Shown here in pieces: positions 13,021 to 26,475 of a stretch of DNA of 64,000 bases. Below the pieces are notes generated by a model. It was not told the DNA's origin, ran no database searches, and was given only the letters and a program-made list of their open reading frames with translations. The position numbers and the translations under genes were made by a program. Source of the DNA: the human T2T-CHM13v2.0 reference genome, Homo sapiens; NCBI RefSeq assembly GCF_009914755.1, contig NC_060927.1. One strand, given 5' to 3'. Positions within the stretch are counted from its first letter, which is position 1; each line of letters opens with the position of its first letter.

Positions 13021-14971
13021 GAGGGATGTATCACTAAAGAGGATGATGGTACTATGACGGTACTGTTTTCACAAATCGTATCTTTTAATGTCCAAGGACT
13101 TAATAGTAGTGAAGAATTATTTGCAATAATTAGCTGAGTACTTATTATTTCCCAGTCACTTTACACTGTTATTAAATTTAATACCCAAAATAGTCCTGTG
13201 AGAATAAAAACATTATCCCATTTACTGGATTGGCCAAATAAAGCTCAGAGAAAATGCATTTCCAACACCAGGTGATCAAAGCAGAACTGACACCCAGCAC
13301 TGCCTGACTCCACAATTTTACAATGGCCTCAGCCTCCCATGCCACCACATCTTTCATTACACTATTCTACTGTAGTTAACTGGATTGGGAAGGATCTTGC
13401 CCACCACGCAGATGAGTTTTAGTGGCTTTTATTTTGGGAGGAGGAAGAGAGGACATGTCACAGCATAGACTCTTTTGAGAATGTATTGAAATCTATGACA
13501 CTCTTCTCATGAAAAAAACATAGTTAATGCTCATAAGACAACCTGTTTAGTATAATGCCAGAGGATTCACAGAGGTCCGTGAAGGCCATCCATGCCTCTC
13601 TTTATTGTTCCCACCCCCAGTTTCAGAAATCTAGCTATATTCTTTGTAGACCCGTAGATGATTTTAAGTTAAATAATGACATAATCTGATTTGCACTCTG
13701 CAAACATAATTCTGGTGGCTACCAGAGGATAGGCTAGAAGGTTGAGTGCCTGCAGGAAGGAATGTGCATTGGCATTCTACAGCATAATTGTATCCAGGTG
13801 GCGGTGAGAACATGAGAGTGGACTATATCTAAGCAAGAGAGCCAAGGACAGGTGGAATGTGTGGGATGCAAAGAGTGAAGCAAAAGAAGGAGTCCTGGAT
13901 GACTCCAAAATCCTTAAATCTGATAACTTGGCAGAGGCATGGAATTAACAGGGAGAAGAAACAAAAATTGGTGTTCACAGAAGAAGGAATGAATTGAAAC
14001 TATCAACATTGTAATAGAGGATGTGACTTAGAATTAAGTGTTACATGACAACTATGCCTGACTGATATGAATAAACAGGGAGCAGAGAAGCACAGAGATG
14101 TTTCTGATATAAGAAACATTATCTAAGCAGATGAAAAATTACCAAAAATATGGGCCAAGGAAAAGTTGAAAAGTGTGTTTGCTTTTTCCCAAGAGAATAT
14201 TTCAATTTTTGTGCAATCTGCATTCCCCAGGTCATATTGGTCTGGGAGTAAAAATAGGAACAGAAGAGCAGAAACAAACAATAATTTGCTCGTTTGACTT
14301 TTTCTGCTATGCACCACACACTACACATGTGTGCGGGAGCAAATGTCTTGACTGTTTCTGCCCTGGTTATTGAGCTCATTCCTGAGTGCTGAGGTGCTCT
14401 GTTCAAGATGCACAAGGTCTTATGTTCTGCTCAGACTCCCATGTTCTGTTTTTTTTTTTTTTGCATAATGTCAGCTCTTCTCAGGGACCCCAAATGGTAA
14501 AGGACCCACCTTTGTATCTCCCGAATCAATGCCTAGTTGATGAATTTTAGCACAGAAAAGCAGACAACTTCTTTAAAGTTACTTTTTATTATATGGCTGG
14601 CAGTCCTTTTCACTAACTGGCTTCATCCTTTCTTCCCCACCTCCCACCCACTCCACTCCAGAAAAAAACTAGACAGCTACTCCCTAGAATACAAAATTGC
14701 CACACCCTCTCTAACTCTGATCCAGAAATTGCTTTTCTTTCAGATGCCCTCTTGTATCTCCTGCAAGTTGGCTGGTGAAACACCATACCAATGGGTGTCT
14801 AGAAATCACCATTAGGGGTAAACCCCGGGGAGTTTATATCATGCTACATCTTGAGATAACACAATGATACAAATACGATATTGGAAGATGTCATTCGATG
14901 TTGTTACATAGTTGTTTGCACAGAATTAGATTTCTGAAAATGTTAATGTGCAACTTTTCTCTCCCAGCATT

Positions 14972-15058
14972 AACGACACAACAACAACAACAACTGCAAC
15001 CACAGCAAAGTTGCATTGACTTAATGTCTGGATGTTTGTTTTATATAAATGTTTTAAT
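14972..15058 (-). terminator. Poly(A) signal ATTAAA with GU-rich downstream element
   Basis: ATTAAA on minus at 15053-15058, followed by CTTTGCTGTGGTTGCAGTTGTTGTTGTTGTTGTGTCGTT (the plus-strand (CAA)n repeat). Confidence 0.45.
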
Positions 15059-15101
15059 CATCTCAAGGATCAGAATTATACACCGAAAATAGAAACCCAA
15101 A

Positions 15102-15305
15102 TCATCTTGGCTCTTGATTTATTCTGCTACATGAAACCATAGTGAGAGTGGATGACTTTGTCAACTTTTTAAAGCCAGACTTCTCGCACATATTGTTAAC
15201 AATGTCCCTGGCTTCTGTGGTTTCACGTGCCGTATTGGATGTCAGTGGAGAACATGTTCTATGGGGAGTTTCCTTTCTGGACAACATCACCACATCACTA
15301 ATTTG
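15102..15305 (-). pseudogene. Putative terminal exon, open frame QISDVVMLSRKETPHRTCSPLTSNTARETTEARDIVNNMCEKSGFKKLTKSSTLTMVSCSRINQEPR*
   Basis: Acceptor ttttaatttttcttccttactgaaag| with phase-0 entry, 67 open codons to TGA, and a downstream ATTAAA plus GU-rich tract. Confidence 0.55.
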
Positions 15306-15984
15306 CTTTCAGTAAGGAAGAAAAATTAAAATATAAAGCTGAAAAAAAAGTAAGTTCAAGAAAAGAAAGCAAAATGTCTCATTATATAATTAGAAGCTAA
15401 TTCAAAATTTACATTTGAAAGTATTGCAGTTATATGCCAGTTTAATCTCTGCCATAAGCTTCCTCAAGACTACAGATACCAAACATTTTAGATTTCACAA
15501 CGGATTCTGAGTATCCTGTACCAAAAACAAGGAAGGAGTGTCAGAAAACATTTCACAGCAAATCTGAAGCAGCTTGACAAAACAAGCAGAAAAAATTAGG
15601 AAGTAACAACATTGCATAGTCAGCCAAGTATACTGGGAATCAGTCAGCAACAGAGATACACTTTCTGGAACAAATGCTTAAAATCAACTGTGAGTGTGAA
15701 AGTCGGGGATTCAAACACACGTGACAACTAATGGTACAACTACAAATCCTTAAATGGTACACTCTCCTGTGGGACTTTTGCTACTTCTCAGACATTACCA
15801 ATCCACTGGGCACACATACATCCACCACTAAGGGGAAGGACATCTCCCAATAAGCAATATTGCAGCAGCTATTGGTACAGATTCATTGACAAATTCGTGA
15901 TCTCATCTTTCCTTGTAGCAAAGGCTGAGTTTGCCTATTCAGGGACATTTATAACTATTTCAAACAGTTAAAATAAAAATCTTA

Positions 15985-16280
<296 letters not shown>

Positions 16281-16349
16281 AAAATAAAAATCTTAAAGCC
16301 ATTTTCAAAGTGAGTCTGAGAAATAGAAGCCTAATTATCTGAGATCCAG

Positions 16350-16960
16350 GAAAGTAGTGTTCTATGCTGACTCTTTTTTCTTCTTCAAATATGTCTTGGT
16401 TCTCTGCATTTCTATTTGTTTTAAAATCAGTTTGTCAATTTACACACAAACACACACACACACACCCTATTGGAATTTTTATTGGGATTGCATCAAATCT
16501 CTAAATCACTATGGGGAGAAATTTTATCTCTTTACAATACTGAATCTTCCAATTCATTAACACTGATTAGATCTCATTTATTTAGCTCTCCTTCCCTCAT
16601 TTATTTAGATCTGTGGTAGTTTATTTCAGTGATGATTATATTTTTCTGTATATAGATCTTACACATCATTTGTGAAATTCATTTCTAAGCATTAATGTTT
16701 TTATGCTCTTATAAAAGTACTGTTTTTAGATTTTAACTATGTGTTTGTTGCTGGTATCAGAAAAACAGTCAATTTCTGCCAATATTGACTTTGTATCCAG
16801 CAGCCTTGTTAACCTACCTATCAACTTTAATAATTTAGTCACAGATTATTTTGGATTTTTATAGATAAATTCATACCATCTGAAAGTCCAAATATTATAT
16901 CTTTATCTCTTTTTCTTATTTCATCACACTGATAAGGACTTTCAATACAATATTGAATAA
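16350..16960 (-). mobile_element. Ancient L1M ORF2 fragment, includes a short (CA)n at ~16441-16465
   Basis: ggaatttttattgggattgcatcaaatct...ttacaatactgaatcttccaattcat...atattgactttgtatccagcagccttg. Confidence 0.6.
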
Positions 16961-17394
16961 CTCCATGGTAATTTTTGTGAAATTTCATTCACTGGACTTC
17001 AAATTTATCCCATTTGAGAAAGACAATGCTTTAAAATTATCTTCCTCCAAAAAATTATGATTGAGCTGTTATGGTTCTGTCACTCAAGAAATCAGTAAAA
17101 CTATAGGTGTCTGTGGATTCCTTATAGCAACTAACTTAAGTAAAATGACTCAGTCATAAACTGTACTACAAGATGGAAGAATCATGTAAGTAACTTTTAT
17201 TTCTAGAAATACATAGAAAATAAAACATGTTTTAATCATGGCATTGCTGGATTTACATTGCTTTTTTTTTCCTCTCAAGAATTCACAGATCTTTAACACT
17301 AGATTTATCTTTATCATATCCTTTAAGTGTCAAAGCATAAATTGATATTTTGATCCCATTTGGGTGTAAACAACATTAAGCCCAGCAACATGAC

Positions 17395-18290
17395 TTTTTA
17401 GGACTTTCATTTTAGTTTCAGTGTACATGTGCAGGTTGGTTCAACAGATAAATTGTGTGTTGTGGGGCTTTGGTGTACATATTATTTAGTCACCCAGATG
17501 ATAATTATAGTACCCAATAGGTAGTTTTTCTATCCTCATCCTCCTCTCACCTTCTACCCACAAGTAGGCCCTGGTGTCTATTGTTCTCTTCTTTGTGTCC
17601 ATGTGTAGTCAACATTTAGCTCCTACTTTTAAGTGAGAACATGCAGTGTTTGGTTTTCTGTTTCTGTGTTAGTTCTCTTCGAATAACAGCCTCCAGCTAC
17701 ATCCATGTTGCTGCTAAAGACATTATCTTGTTCTTTTTATGGCTGTGTAGTATTCCATGATGTATATGTACCACATTTTCTTTACCCAGTCCACTGTTGA
17801 TGGGCATGCAAGTTGAGTCTATGTCTTTGCTATGGTGACTAGTGCTGCAGTGAACATATGCATGCATGTGTCTTTATGGCAGAATAATTTATATTCCTTT
17901 GGGTACATACCCAATAATGGGACTTCTGGGTCAAATGGTAGTTCTAAGTTCTTTGAGAAATCACCAAACTGCTTTCCATAATGGCTGAATTAATTTACAT
18001 TTTCATCAGCATCTTGGTTTCACAACCTCTGTTTTTTTGTTTTTTTTTTTTTACTTTTTAATAATAGTCATTCTGACTGATGTAAGAGGGCATTTCACTG
18101 TAGTTTTGATATGTATTTCTCTAATTATTAGTAAAGTTGAGTATTTTTTCATATGTCTGTTAGCCATGTATATGTCTTCTTTTGAAAAGTGTCTATTCAT
18201 GTTCTTTGCCCACTTTTTAAAGAGGTTATTTGTTTTTTTGCTTGTTAATTTAAGTTCCTTATAGGTTCTGGATATTAGACCTTTGAATGA
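17395..18290 (-). mobile_element. 5'-truncated old L1P (L1PA15/16-L1PB-like) 3' end
   Basis: L1 3'UTR (gtacccaataggtagttttt, gtgagaacatgcagtgtttggttttctg) and ORF2 tail. Confidence 0.85.
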
Positions 18291-19441
18291 TAACTTTTTT
18301 CAGCTAACCACAGGGGCAGGATACAACAGGATTACTGAATCTCAGGAAATTAGAATTTCCTATCCAAATTCTCTTTCCATGTGGCTTTAATATTTTCCCT
18401 TAAATATTTGAAGTAATTACCTCTGTTTGTAAATCTGCAAAATCAATACCTCATTGTCTTAATTAATGTTGCTTTATAGTAAGTCTTGTAACATAGGCCT
18501 CTATGTCTAGAGAGGGCTTAGGAAGCAGGGTCTCTCTGTTCTAGGATTTAGACCCTGCTTTGAGACTTTCCTGGTTTGTGTGTGGTCAGGTGAATGGGAG
18601 AGAGGAAGGCACAAAGATCTTTCTCAGGGAGCAATCAATGTCTCAGCTTTCTTTGCTTCCCTTCTAAGTCATCTTCTTTCCTAGCTAAAAGAGACTCTCC
18701 AGAATGGAAAAACCTATGCTCTTTGATTAATCATATATTTTTTCAAGTCCATTTTTATGTTCTGAGTTTTACCCTATACTCTCTTGAGAGAGAGGCTTTT
18801 GAAATCCAAAAGCCCTAAGATTTACTTCTGCTCTCTGTTGCATCATTCCTCCCTTGAGATAATAAATTATGATGACAGAATTGGCGAAAGAGCAAGTATT
18901 ATAAAGCTATGTTGTGGAGAAAACTAGATTATATCTTAAAATATTACCCTACACAATTTGTCTAGAGTTCAAATGATAAACATAAGTCAAAGATAAACAT
19001 CAGGAAGTCATAAGCAAACTGATGATAGGTTAAAGTAAAATATATGAAAAGGAGTCTTGTAAATGTTATAAACTAAAATTAATTAAGTCCCCTTACTGGA
19101 AAGCTCATTTGCTATAATTTGCTCAACACTGGCCCAAAAATGTTTTCAATCGGGGAAAGTTAAAATAGCTACGGCAGGGCGTCTTTATCTCTCAAATTCA
19201 TCTTTCTACGAACTACTTATATATAGTTATTATGGAACTTCTTTGGGCCTGAATTCATGGAGATTACAAGTGGTTTTTAAATAAATACTTCGTGACTTCC
19301 CTTTTAGAATTCCTTTTATAATGAAATCATCTAAATAATTAACAGTATGCATGGCTTTAAAATGGTATGTTTAAATAAATGAAAACTGAGAAAAAGTAAT
19401 ATGATAAATGGTCTTTTTATATGATTTGTATTACCATTTAG

Positions 19442-19766
<325 letters not shown>

Positions 19767-19886
19767 TAGTTTTGATAACTTACAAATTATTTCTAAATAA
19801 CTTGTATTTAAATAAACTCATATAAATAAATTCTTTTATGAAGAATTTTGTTGAAAACCGACAAAAGTGAAAAGATTTCCAGGTTA

Positions 19887-21167
19887 TAAGGGGACTTCAT
19901 AAAGTTCATGGAAAATGTGTACTAGAAAAAAAACTATACATGATTTCAAAATTTGTTTGCACCAGAATAAACCTGTACTAAATTTTTATGACATGTCTGA
20001 ACAGGATCTAGTTTAAGGCACTAAGAAGGCTAAGACATCAATTTGAAAAGAGCCCCTATCAGAACAACATAAATTCTGCTGAAATTGAAGTAAGAACAAA
20101 CATCAAATTTACAGTGAGGCTTGTGGGGAAGAGTGATAAAATCAATGATAAAATTTATGGGGACAATGCCCTAAAGAAGTCAGCAGTTTATAAACGGATT
20201 ACTCATTTTAAGGAGGCCTGAAATGATGTTGAATATGAAGCCCTCAGTGACAGACCATCCACATTAATTTTTAAGGAAAAATTCATCTTGTTTGTATCCT
20301 AATTAAAATGGACTGATGATTAACAGCAGAAATGAATACTATCAACACCTCAATTGGTTTAGCTTACACAATTATGACCAAAAAATTAAAGTTAAGCCAA
20401 CTTTCCATTTGATGGGTGCCCATACCATTGCACCCAGATCAGCTGCAGACAATAGCAGAGCTTGCAATGGAAATTTTAAACAAGTGGAATCAAGATCCCA
20501 AAGCGGTTTTAAAAAAATTGTAATAGGAGATGAACCACAGCTTTACCAGTAAGATCCTAAAGATAAAGCACAATCAATGTAATTGTTACCAACAGGTAGA
20601 AGTAAGTGGTCCAGTCAAAGCAAAAGCAGATGAGTCAAGAGCAAAGGTCACGGAAACAGTTTTCTGGGGATGCTCAAGGCATCTTGCTTGTTGACTTTCT
20701 GGAGGACCAAACAACATTTGCTTATCATGAGACTGTTTGAGAAAGTTAGCCAAAGTTTTAACAAAGAAATATCCAAGAAAGCTTCACCAGAGTCCTTCTC
20801 TACCACAATTCTACTCCTCATTTCTCTCATCAGACAAGGGCAATTTTGTGACAGTTTCAATGGAAAATCATTAGGCATCCACCTTAAAGTCCTGACTTGG
20901 CTTCTTCTGACTTCTTTTTGTTTTCTAATCTTAAAAAAAATCTGTAAAGGGAATCCATTTTTCTTCAGATAATAATATTAAAAAGATTGTATTGACATGG
21001 TTAAATTCCCAGGATCCTCAGTTATTTAGGGATGAGCTAAATGGCTGGTATCATCATGTACAAAAGTGTCTTGACCTTGATGGAGCTTATGTTGTCACAT
21101 AATGTTTATATTTGTCATTTTTATCTTTTAATTCTCTTTTTTCCACGAACTTTTTCAAGTCCCCTTG
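19887..21167 (+). mobile_element. HSMAR2 mariner DNA transposon, full length, dead transposase
   Basis: TIRs taaggggacttcataaagttcatggaaaa / ttttccacgaactttttcaagtccccttg, TA on both flanks (19885-6, 21168-9), 1281 bp. Transposase remnants include NSAEIEVRTNIKF (start ATG>ATA at 20069), WVP, IVIGDE and SPDLASSDF, with many stops and frameshifts. Confidence 0.92.
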
Positions 21168-21850
21168 TATTAATTTCTGGCATAGACTTAACTATGTAAC
21201 CGCATTTCTGTGATGACTACTCTGTTATCTGTACTTTTGCTCTAGATTACAGATCCAGCTCTTTATTGATAAAACATCTACTCAAGTGTCCAATATTTGA
21301 ATAACCTTCCTGTACCCTCTCTTTTCCTCACCTCTCACACCCAATAAATTACCAAAGCTTCTTGATTTATTTCTAAGTATTCTTGAATTTCATCATTTCT
21401 CTCCTTGTCTACTATCAATATCCTAAATTATTACCATAAAGAGTCTGAAAAACTACAAAAGGTATCTCAGATTGCCCTCTTGTCACCCTCTATTCTATTA
21501 TCCACATTGCAACCAACAATGTCTTTTTAAATTAAAAATGCAACCACTCCATTCCCTCATTTAAAACACTTTCATTGTATCTTACTGCAACCCATGTCAA
21601 AAAACACCACTTTGGGTGCCAGTCATCCAGAACAGAATTAGGTATTCTTCATGAATCTAGATATTCTTAAATTCAATTGTAATTTGATTTTCTTTCCTAC
21701 TCTTTATAAGAAAACAAACTATGATTTCTTATTTATTATTGTATCCCCAATGCCTTTGCATAAATGCAAATAAATTTTTGTTAACATCTGACTGAACAAA
21801 TAAATTTGGTTTTGCACAGCCAATGCCTAGGGATTTAGATGGGGACTCAC

Positions 21851-21932
21851 CCCTGCTACACCCCGTACACTAATCGCAGTTGAAGTATGCTGCTACCAAG
21901 TGGAGCATGACCTCCAATGGTTAATTAAGAAA
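21851..21932 (-). pseudogene. Putative fossil exon (82 nt)
   Basis: Acceptor tttacattgtag|, donor GGG|GTGAGT. Phase 2 to 0, FLINHWRSCSTW*QHTSTAISVRGVAG. Confidence 0.45.
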
Positions 21933-22179
21933 CTACAATGTAAACTGAATGACTTATGTATTAAAATGTAGATAACAGAAATTTCTTTAAAGTTATTATA
22001 AAGTCATAAATATTTTCCTATTATCAATAAAATAGCATAGAATGACCCAATTGTTGAGTAGAACTAAGTAACTATGGGTCTTCCTGAAGCTTGTCCACCT
22101 CATTGATTCCAGAACTCTTCATTTACTTTGAGCTTTAACTCCCTTAACCAAAGAGTTACTTCAACAAAGGCTTTCTTAC

Positions 22180-22853
<674 letters not shown>

Positions 22854-23325
22854 CTAGAAAATACATGTCCAAGATATATCAGAGCATAATTTTGAAAACA
22901 TATTGAAAGTATAAAAAATCTACATATAAACAATTTCTTCATAAGTAGTCATTTCAGAATCTAAGCTCTCAGCAAGATACATTTTCACCATCAAAAATAT
23001 AGTATCAGCTCTGCTTTAGATACAAATAAATTGAGCCTCAGAAAAGATTTCTGAACATATGACTTGATGAGCAACTGTGACCTCTATATCCATGGAAATC
23101 CTGCCATGACCATCATGTCCATATGGGGCTCACAGTAATAGACCCTCTTTATAAATGAGTCTTGGCTGACTAAAATATTGTCAGTATAAATATCACTATT
23201 CAGAAATAAATATTTAGATTTTTAAAAATGTACTCATAAATATATTTTAGGTTTGTTGTTGTTGTTGTTGTTTTTAATTTTAGAAACATGGCTCCCATTC
23301 TCCAGAGAAGAAAGGAAGAAAGAAA

Positions 23326-23350
23326 AGCAGCAAGCAAGCAAGCAAGCAAG
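23326..23350 (+). repeat. (AAGC)n microsatellite
   Basis: aagcagcaagcaagcaagcaagcaag. Confidence 0.8.
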
Positions 23351-24359
23351 AAAACCTAAATGAGTTTGCATGCAGACGCTTCAGTTAAATATGTAAGAGC
23401 AGAGGTCAAAGGAGAGGGCACTTCCATTTGGAAGCCAGGAGGCTACAAAGGGGCCAGATCCAAGAAACTCTAAGAGGAAGAGACAGAGGCAGAACTACAG
23501 ATGGTTCATGAGACCAGGTGCCGGCTGCCAGGCCCACTGCCTTTGTTCTCTTTTAGCCCCTTTCCTGGTCTGGATTCTGCCCTCTGGTTTCTATCTAAAT
23601 TCAGCTACATCCTCTATTTGCAGTTTTCATCCAGGATGTAACTATTTCTCTGTTATCAGCATCTGTGTTGCTTCAGATGGTGCTTCCTCATGTCCTTGAA
23701 GCATTTCCTGAGGTACAATTCCAACTGTTTGGATTCCAGGTGTCATTAATGCCAACCATTAATCAGATATGTATATCCTTGTCTCCCACAGAGTACTAGA
23801 CTGTTTGTTTATGGTTTTGTCTAAAAGGACTCACTGTAATGATGAAGCAGAGCTTTAATTGCTCCCAAAATGCATAATCATACCTTACACATTCCAACCA
23901 TAGAAAGTAATTTTTAAATAAGAGAATCATAAAATACTATCACAAATTCCTTATCTATGTAAACAACTTGTATAGAAGCACTAGATAACTAGTACATCTT
24001 TAAGGAGATTGATTTACCCTAGAAATTTGACATGTTTGCAAAGCACTACTATTAATTTTTCATTTAATTGGCTTCAGAGTTGGGTGCCTATCTATTTATA
24101 GTATACGACTTTCTTGCTCTGTATATATCCTTGTGCCTGTCTTTCCTTCATATCTAAGCAGCTAATTTTAAGAGCAAGCTTTCTTATCTTCACACGTATA
24201 ACAAGAAAGCTATGAAGGGTACCCTTAGACAACAGCTGCTTAATCACTGTACAATAAGACAAAAATATCCAGTGAATAACCAGGATAAAAACAGGTTTTT
24301 AAAATAACATTTCAAACGATAGATTTATTTGTGGTTCTTACCTGAGCTAAGTGTTTTTA

Positions 24360-24472
24360 TTATTTTTTACTTTTTAGAGATGGGGTGTTGCCATCTCTAA
24401 ATGTTGCCAAGGTTGGCCTCCAACTCCTGGGCTCAAGTGATCCTTCTGCCTCAGCCTCCTGAGTAGCCCTAC
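24360..24472 (-). mobile_element. Alu monomer (FLAM-like)
   Basis: ttttagagatggggt...ctcctgggctcaagtgatccttctgcctcagcctcctgagtagc; TSD agctaagt(g/a)ttttta at 24345-24359 / 24473-24487. Confidence 0.8.
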
Positions 24473-24647
24473 AGCTAAGTATTTTTAGGAACAGAGCCCA
24501 TCCCTGACCTATCTTGGTATCCCATAATTTAACTGGTACAACATAGGGCATCACATCCAGTGGCTAATAGTTAAAATTTGTTGAACAAAAATACAATTTA
24601 CCAAGTAAAAGAAAACCAGAAAATTAATGAAACTGACACCTTCTTAC

Positions 24648-24680
24648 CTTTCCATATTAAATGCTTGCTTCAGTATTTGG
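24648..24680 (-). pseudogene. Putative fossil exon (33 nt)
   Basis: ttattcttag|CCAAATACTGAAGCAAGCATTTAATATGGAAAG|GTAAGA; phase 2 to 2, QILKQAFNME. Confidence 0.5.
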
Positions 24681-25494
24681 CTAAGAATAATCTTTCACAA
24701 ATAGAGCAATTCATAAGTTGAGATGAAATATTGAAAGCACTATGTAAAAGTCTCCTTTAGAAAATATAATATGCAATTGATTTTTCTCCGCTTGCTAAAA
24801 ACACAAGTCTGCACCAAAAGGCTTTTGAGCTGAGTACATCAGGTTTCCATAGAAGCACATAAAGTTAATAGAAATGTTCTGTTCAGGAGTTTGCAAAATG
24901 ATATCGTGCAGTTCCCACTTTGAAATGTGTATTTGTTACTCATATTGACTCTGCATCAGGTTACCTATAAATTCTTTGTTTTTGTTGTAGGTGAAAAAAA
25001 AGAAGTAAAAAAAATAGTAAGCCATGTACACAAATGATTGATGAGGCTCTCCAATGCCAAATGGTTTGAAAGATTCAGTGATTACTCATACTACACAGAA
25101 AAATAATAGTTCTATCCTCCTATGAACATTCTGCTTATCTAAAAAGACCTTATTACTTAGAATTAAGATGTTAACCAATCTTTTTCTGGTCTCAGAATCA
25201 CTAAGTTGTTTATATCAGCACCACATATGAGGTAGAATTTCAGAAAAGGCAAGGTTAACAACTTAAAGGGGATCACACGCCAGTTGATCACACACCAGTT
25301 GATCACCTGTGTTAGTTTATGTATGATTTACAAAAAGTGTATATCCTTCTTATTCAGAATTATGAATTAATTGAACATAATGTCAAAGTCAGCCATAAAT
25401 CAAGCTTTCTGTTTGCTTAGGTCATATCTAATGAATACTTGGGGTCTATGGAGTAATCATGGAGTTTCTGAAGGCACCTGTTGTTTTACCTCAC

Positions 25495-25611
25495 CTACTG
25501 AAAAAGACTTTGATAACTGCAAAGGGAATACTTTTTTATGGTATCTGTTGGTCGTCACTTTCCATCAGTATTTTCAGCATTGATTTGATACATGCTAGTT
25601 GTTTCTTATGC
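25495..25611 (-). pseudogene. Putative fossil exon (117 nt) with an in-frame TAA
   Basis: ccattctag|...AG|GTGAGG; phase 2 to 2, HKKQLACIKSMLKILMESDDQQIP*KSIPFAVIKVFFS, stop at 25536-25538. Confidence 0.55.
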
Positions 25612-26019
25612 CTAGAATGGCATTTTAAGAAACTGCTTTTTGTTGAAAGAGATGTTTATAGTAAGATAGTGTAGGTATGAACACAACTATGAGTTTTAAG
25701 CTGAAACTCAGCTGAAAAAGTAAGCTGAATTAGATTGAAGGTTACAATTTTTACATTGTGATTTAACACTCCTGGTCTTCTGGAATGTGTCCAGAGAGGA
25801 ATATGCTTAAAATAGATTTTTTTCATTTATTATATGTTATTCTTTATATATATTCTTATATATTCTTATAATGAGGACAAAAATCAAAGCTTTGTTAATG
25901 GTAACTGTATTTTTCTTATCATATTGAAGTTTAGTCTATTTTAGTGAGAATATTCTTGTCTAGGGGAGGAAGTTCATGAAGATCTATGTAGAGCAGTTTT
26001 CTTGATGTTTCTGATCTAA

Positions 26020-26195
26020 AGCATAAGTTGGCAAACTTTGTATGGCCCATGTACTAAGAATATTTTTTCCATTTTTAAAGCTTTGTTAAAAATAAGAAAA
26101 TAAGGAATATTATGTGACCAAAATTTCATATGTGGCCACAAAGCCTAAAATATTCACTATCTAGCTCTTTACACAAAAATGTTTGCCAACTCCTG
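26020..26195. mobile_element. MER58-type hAT-Charlie MITE
   Basis: Inverted ends agttggcaaact / tgtttgccaactcctg and internal tgtggccacaaagcctaaaatattcactatct. Confidence 0.7.
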
Positions 26196-26420
26196 ATCTT
26201 CACTGCCCTTTGGATAATAATAGAAATATATCTTCAAATTTGCCTTTTGTTTAATAATAGAAATATATCTCCAAATGTATCCAAGAGCCATGGTATCACA
26301 CTGTTAGAAAATTCCTTAGGTGCAATTGATTCTTACTTGTCTCAGATATATCCTCCTACACAACTGGTCAGATTATATTCAAATTTCTGGTTATGTTATT
26401 TATGTTAGTGAAAACAATAC

Positions 26421-26475
26421 TTATTCCAGGATGTATCATCACTAAAATCTTCCAATTTACCAAAAAATGTGCCTT
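26421..26475 (-). pseudogene. Putative fossil exon (55 nt)
   Basis: ctcctcttcctttgtaatacag|...AA|GTATTG; phase 1 to 2, open EGTFFGKLEDFSDDTSWNK, joining in frame to the 25611 exon. Confidence 0.55.

Noticed and set aside
14744-15092. Plus-strand acceptors at ~14743 and ~14967 and a poly-Q-like ORF
   Set aside because: Short frames with no chain of partner exons; the (CAA)n is better explained as a microsatellite or the minus-strand GU-rich element.
25272-25306. Tandem GATCACAC(G/A)CCAGTT x2
   Set aside because: Ordinary local tandem duplication; no spacers, not CRISPR-like.
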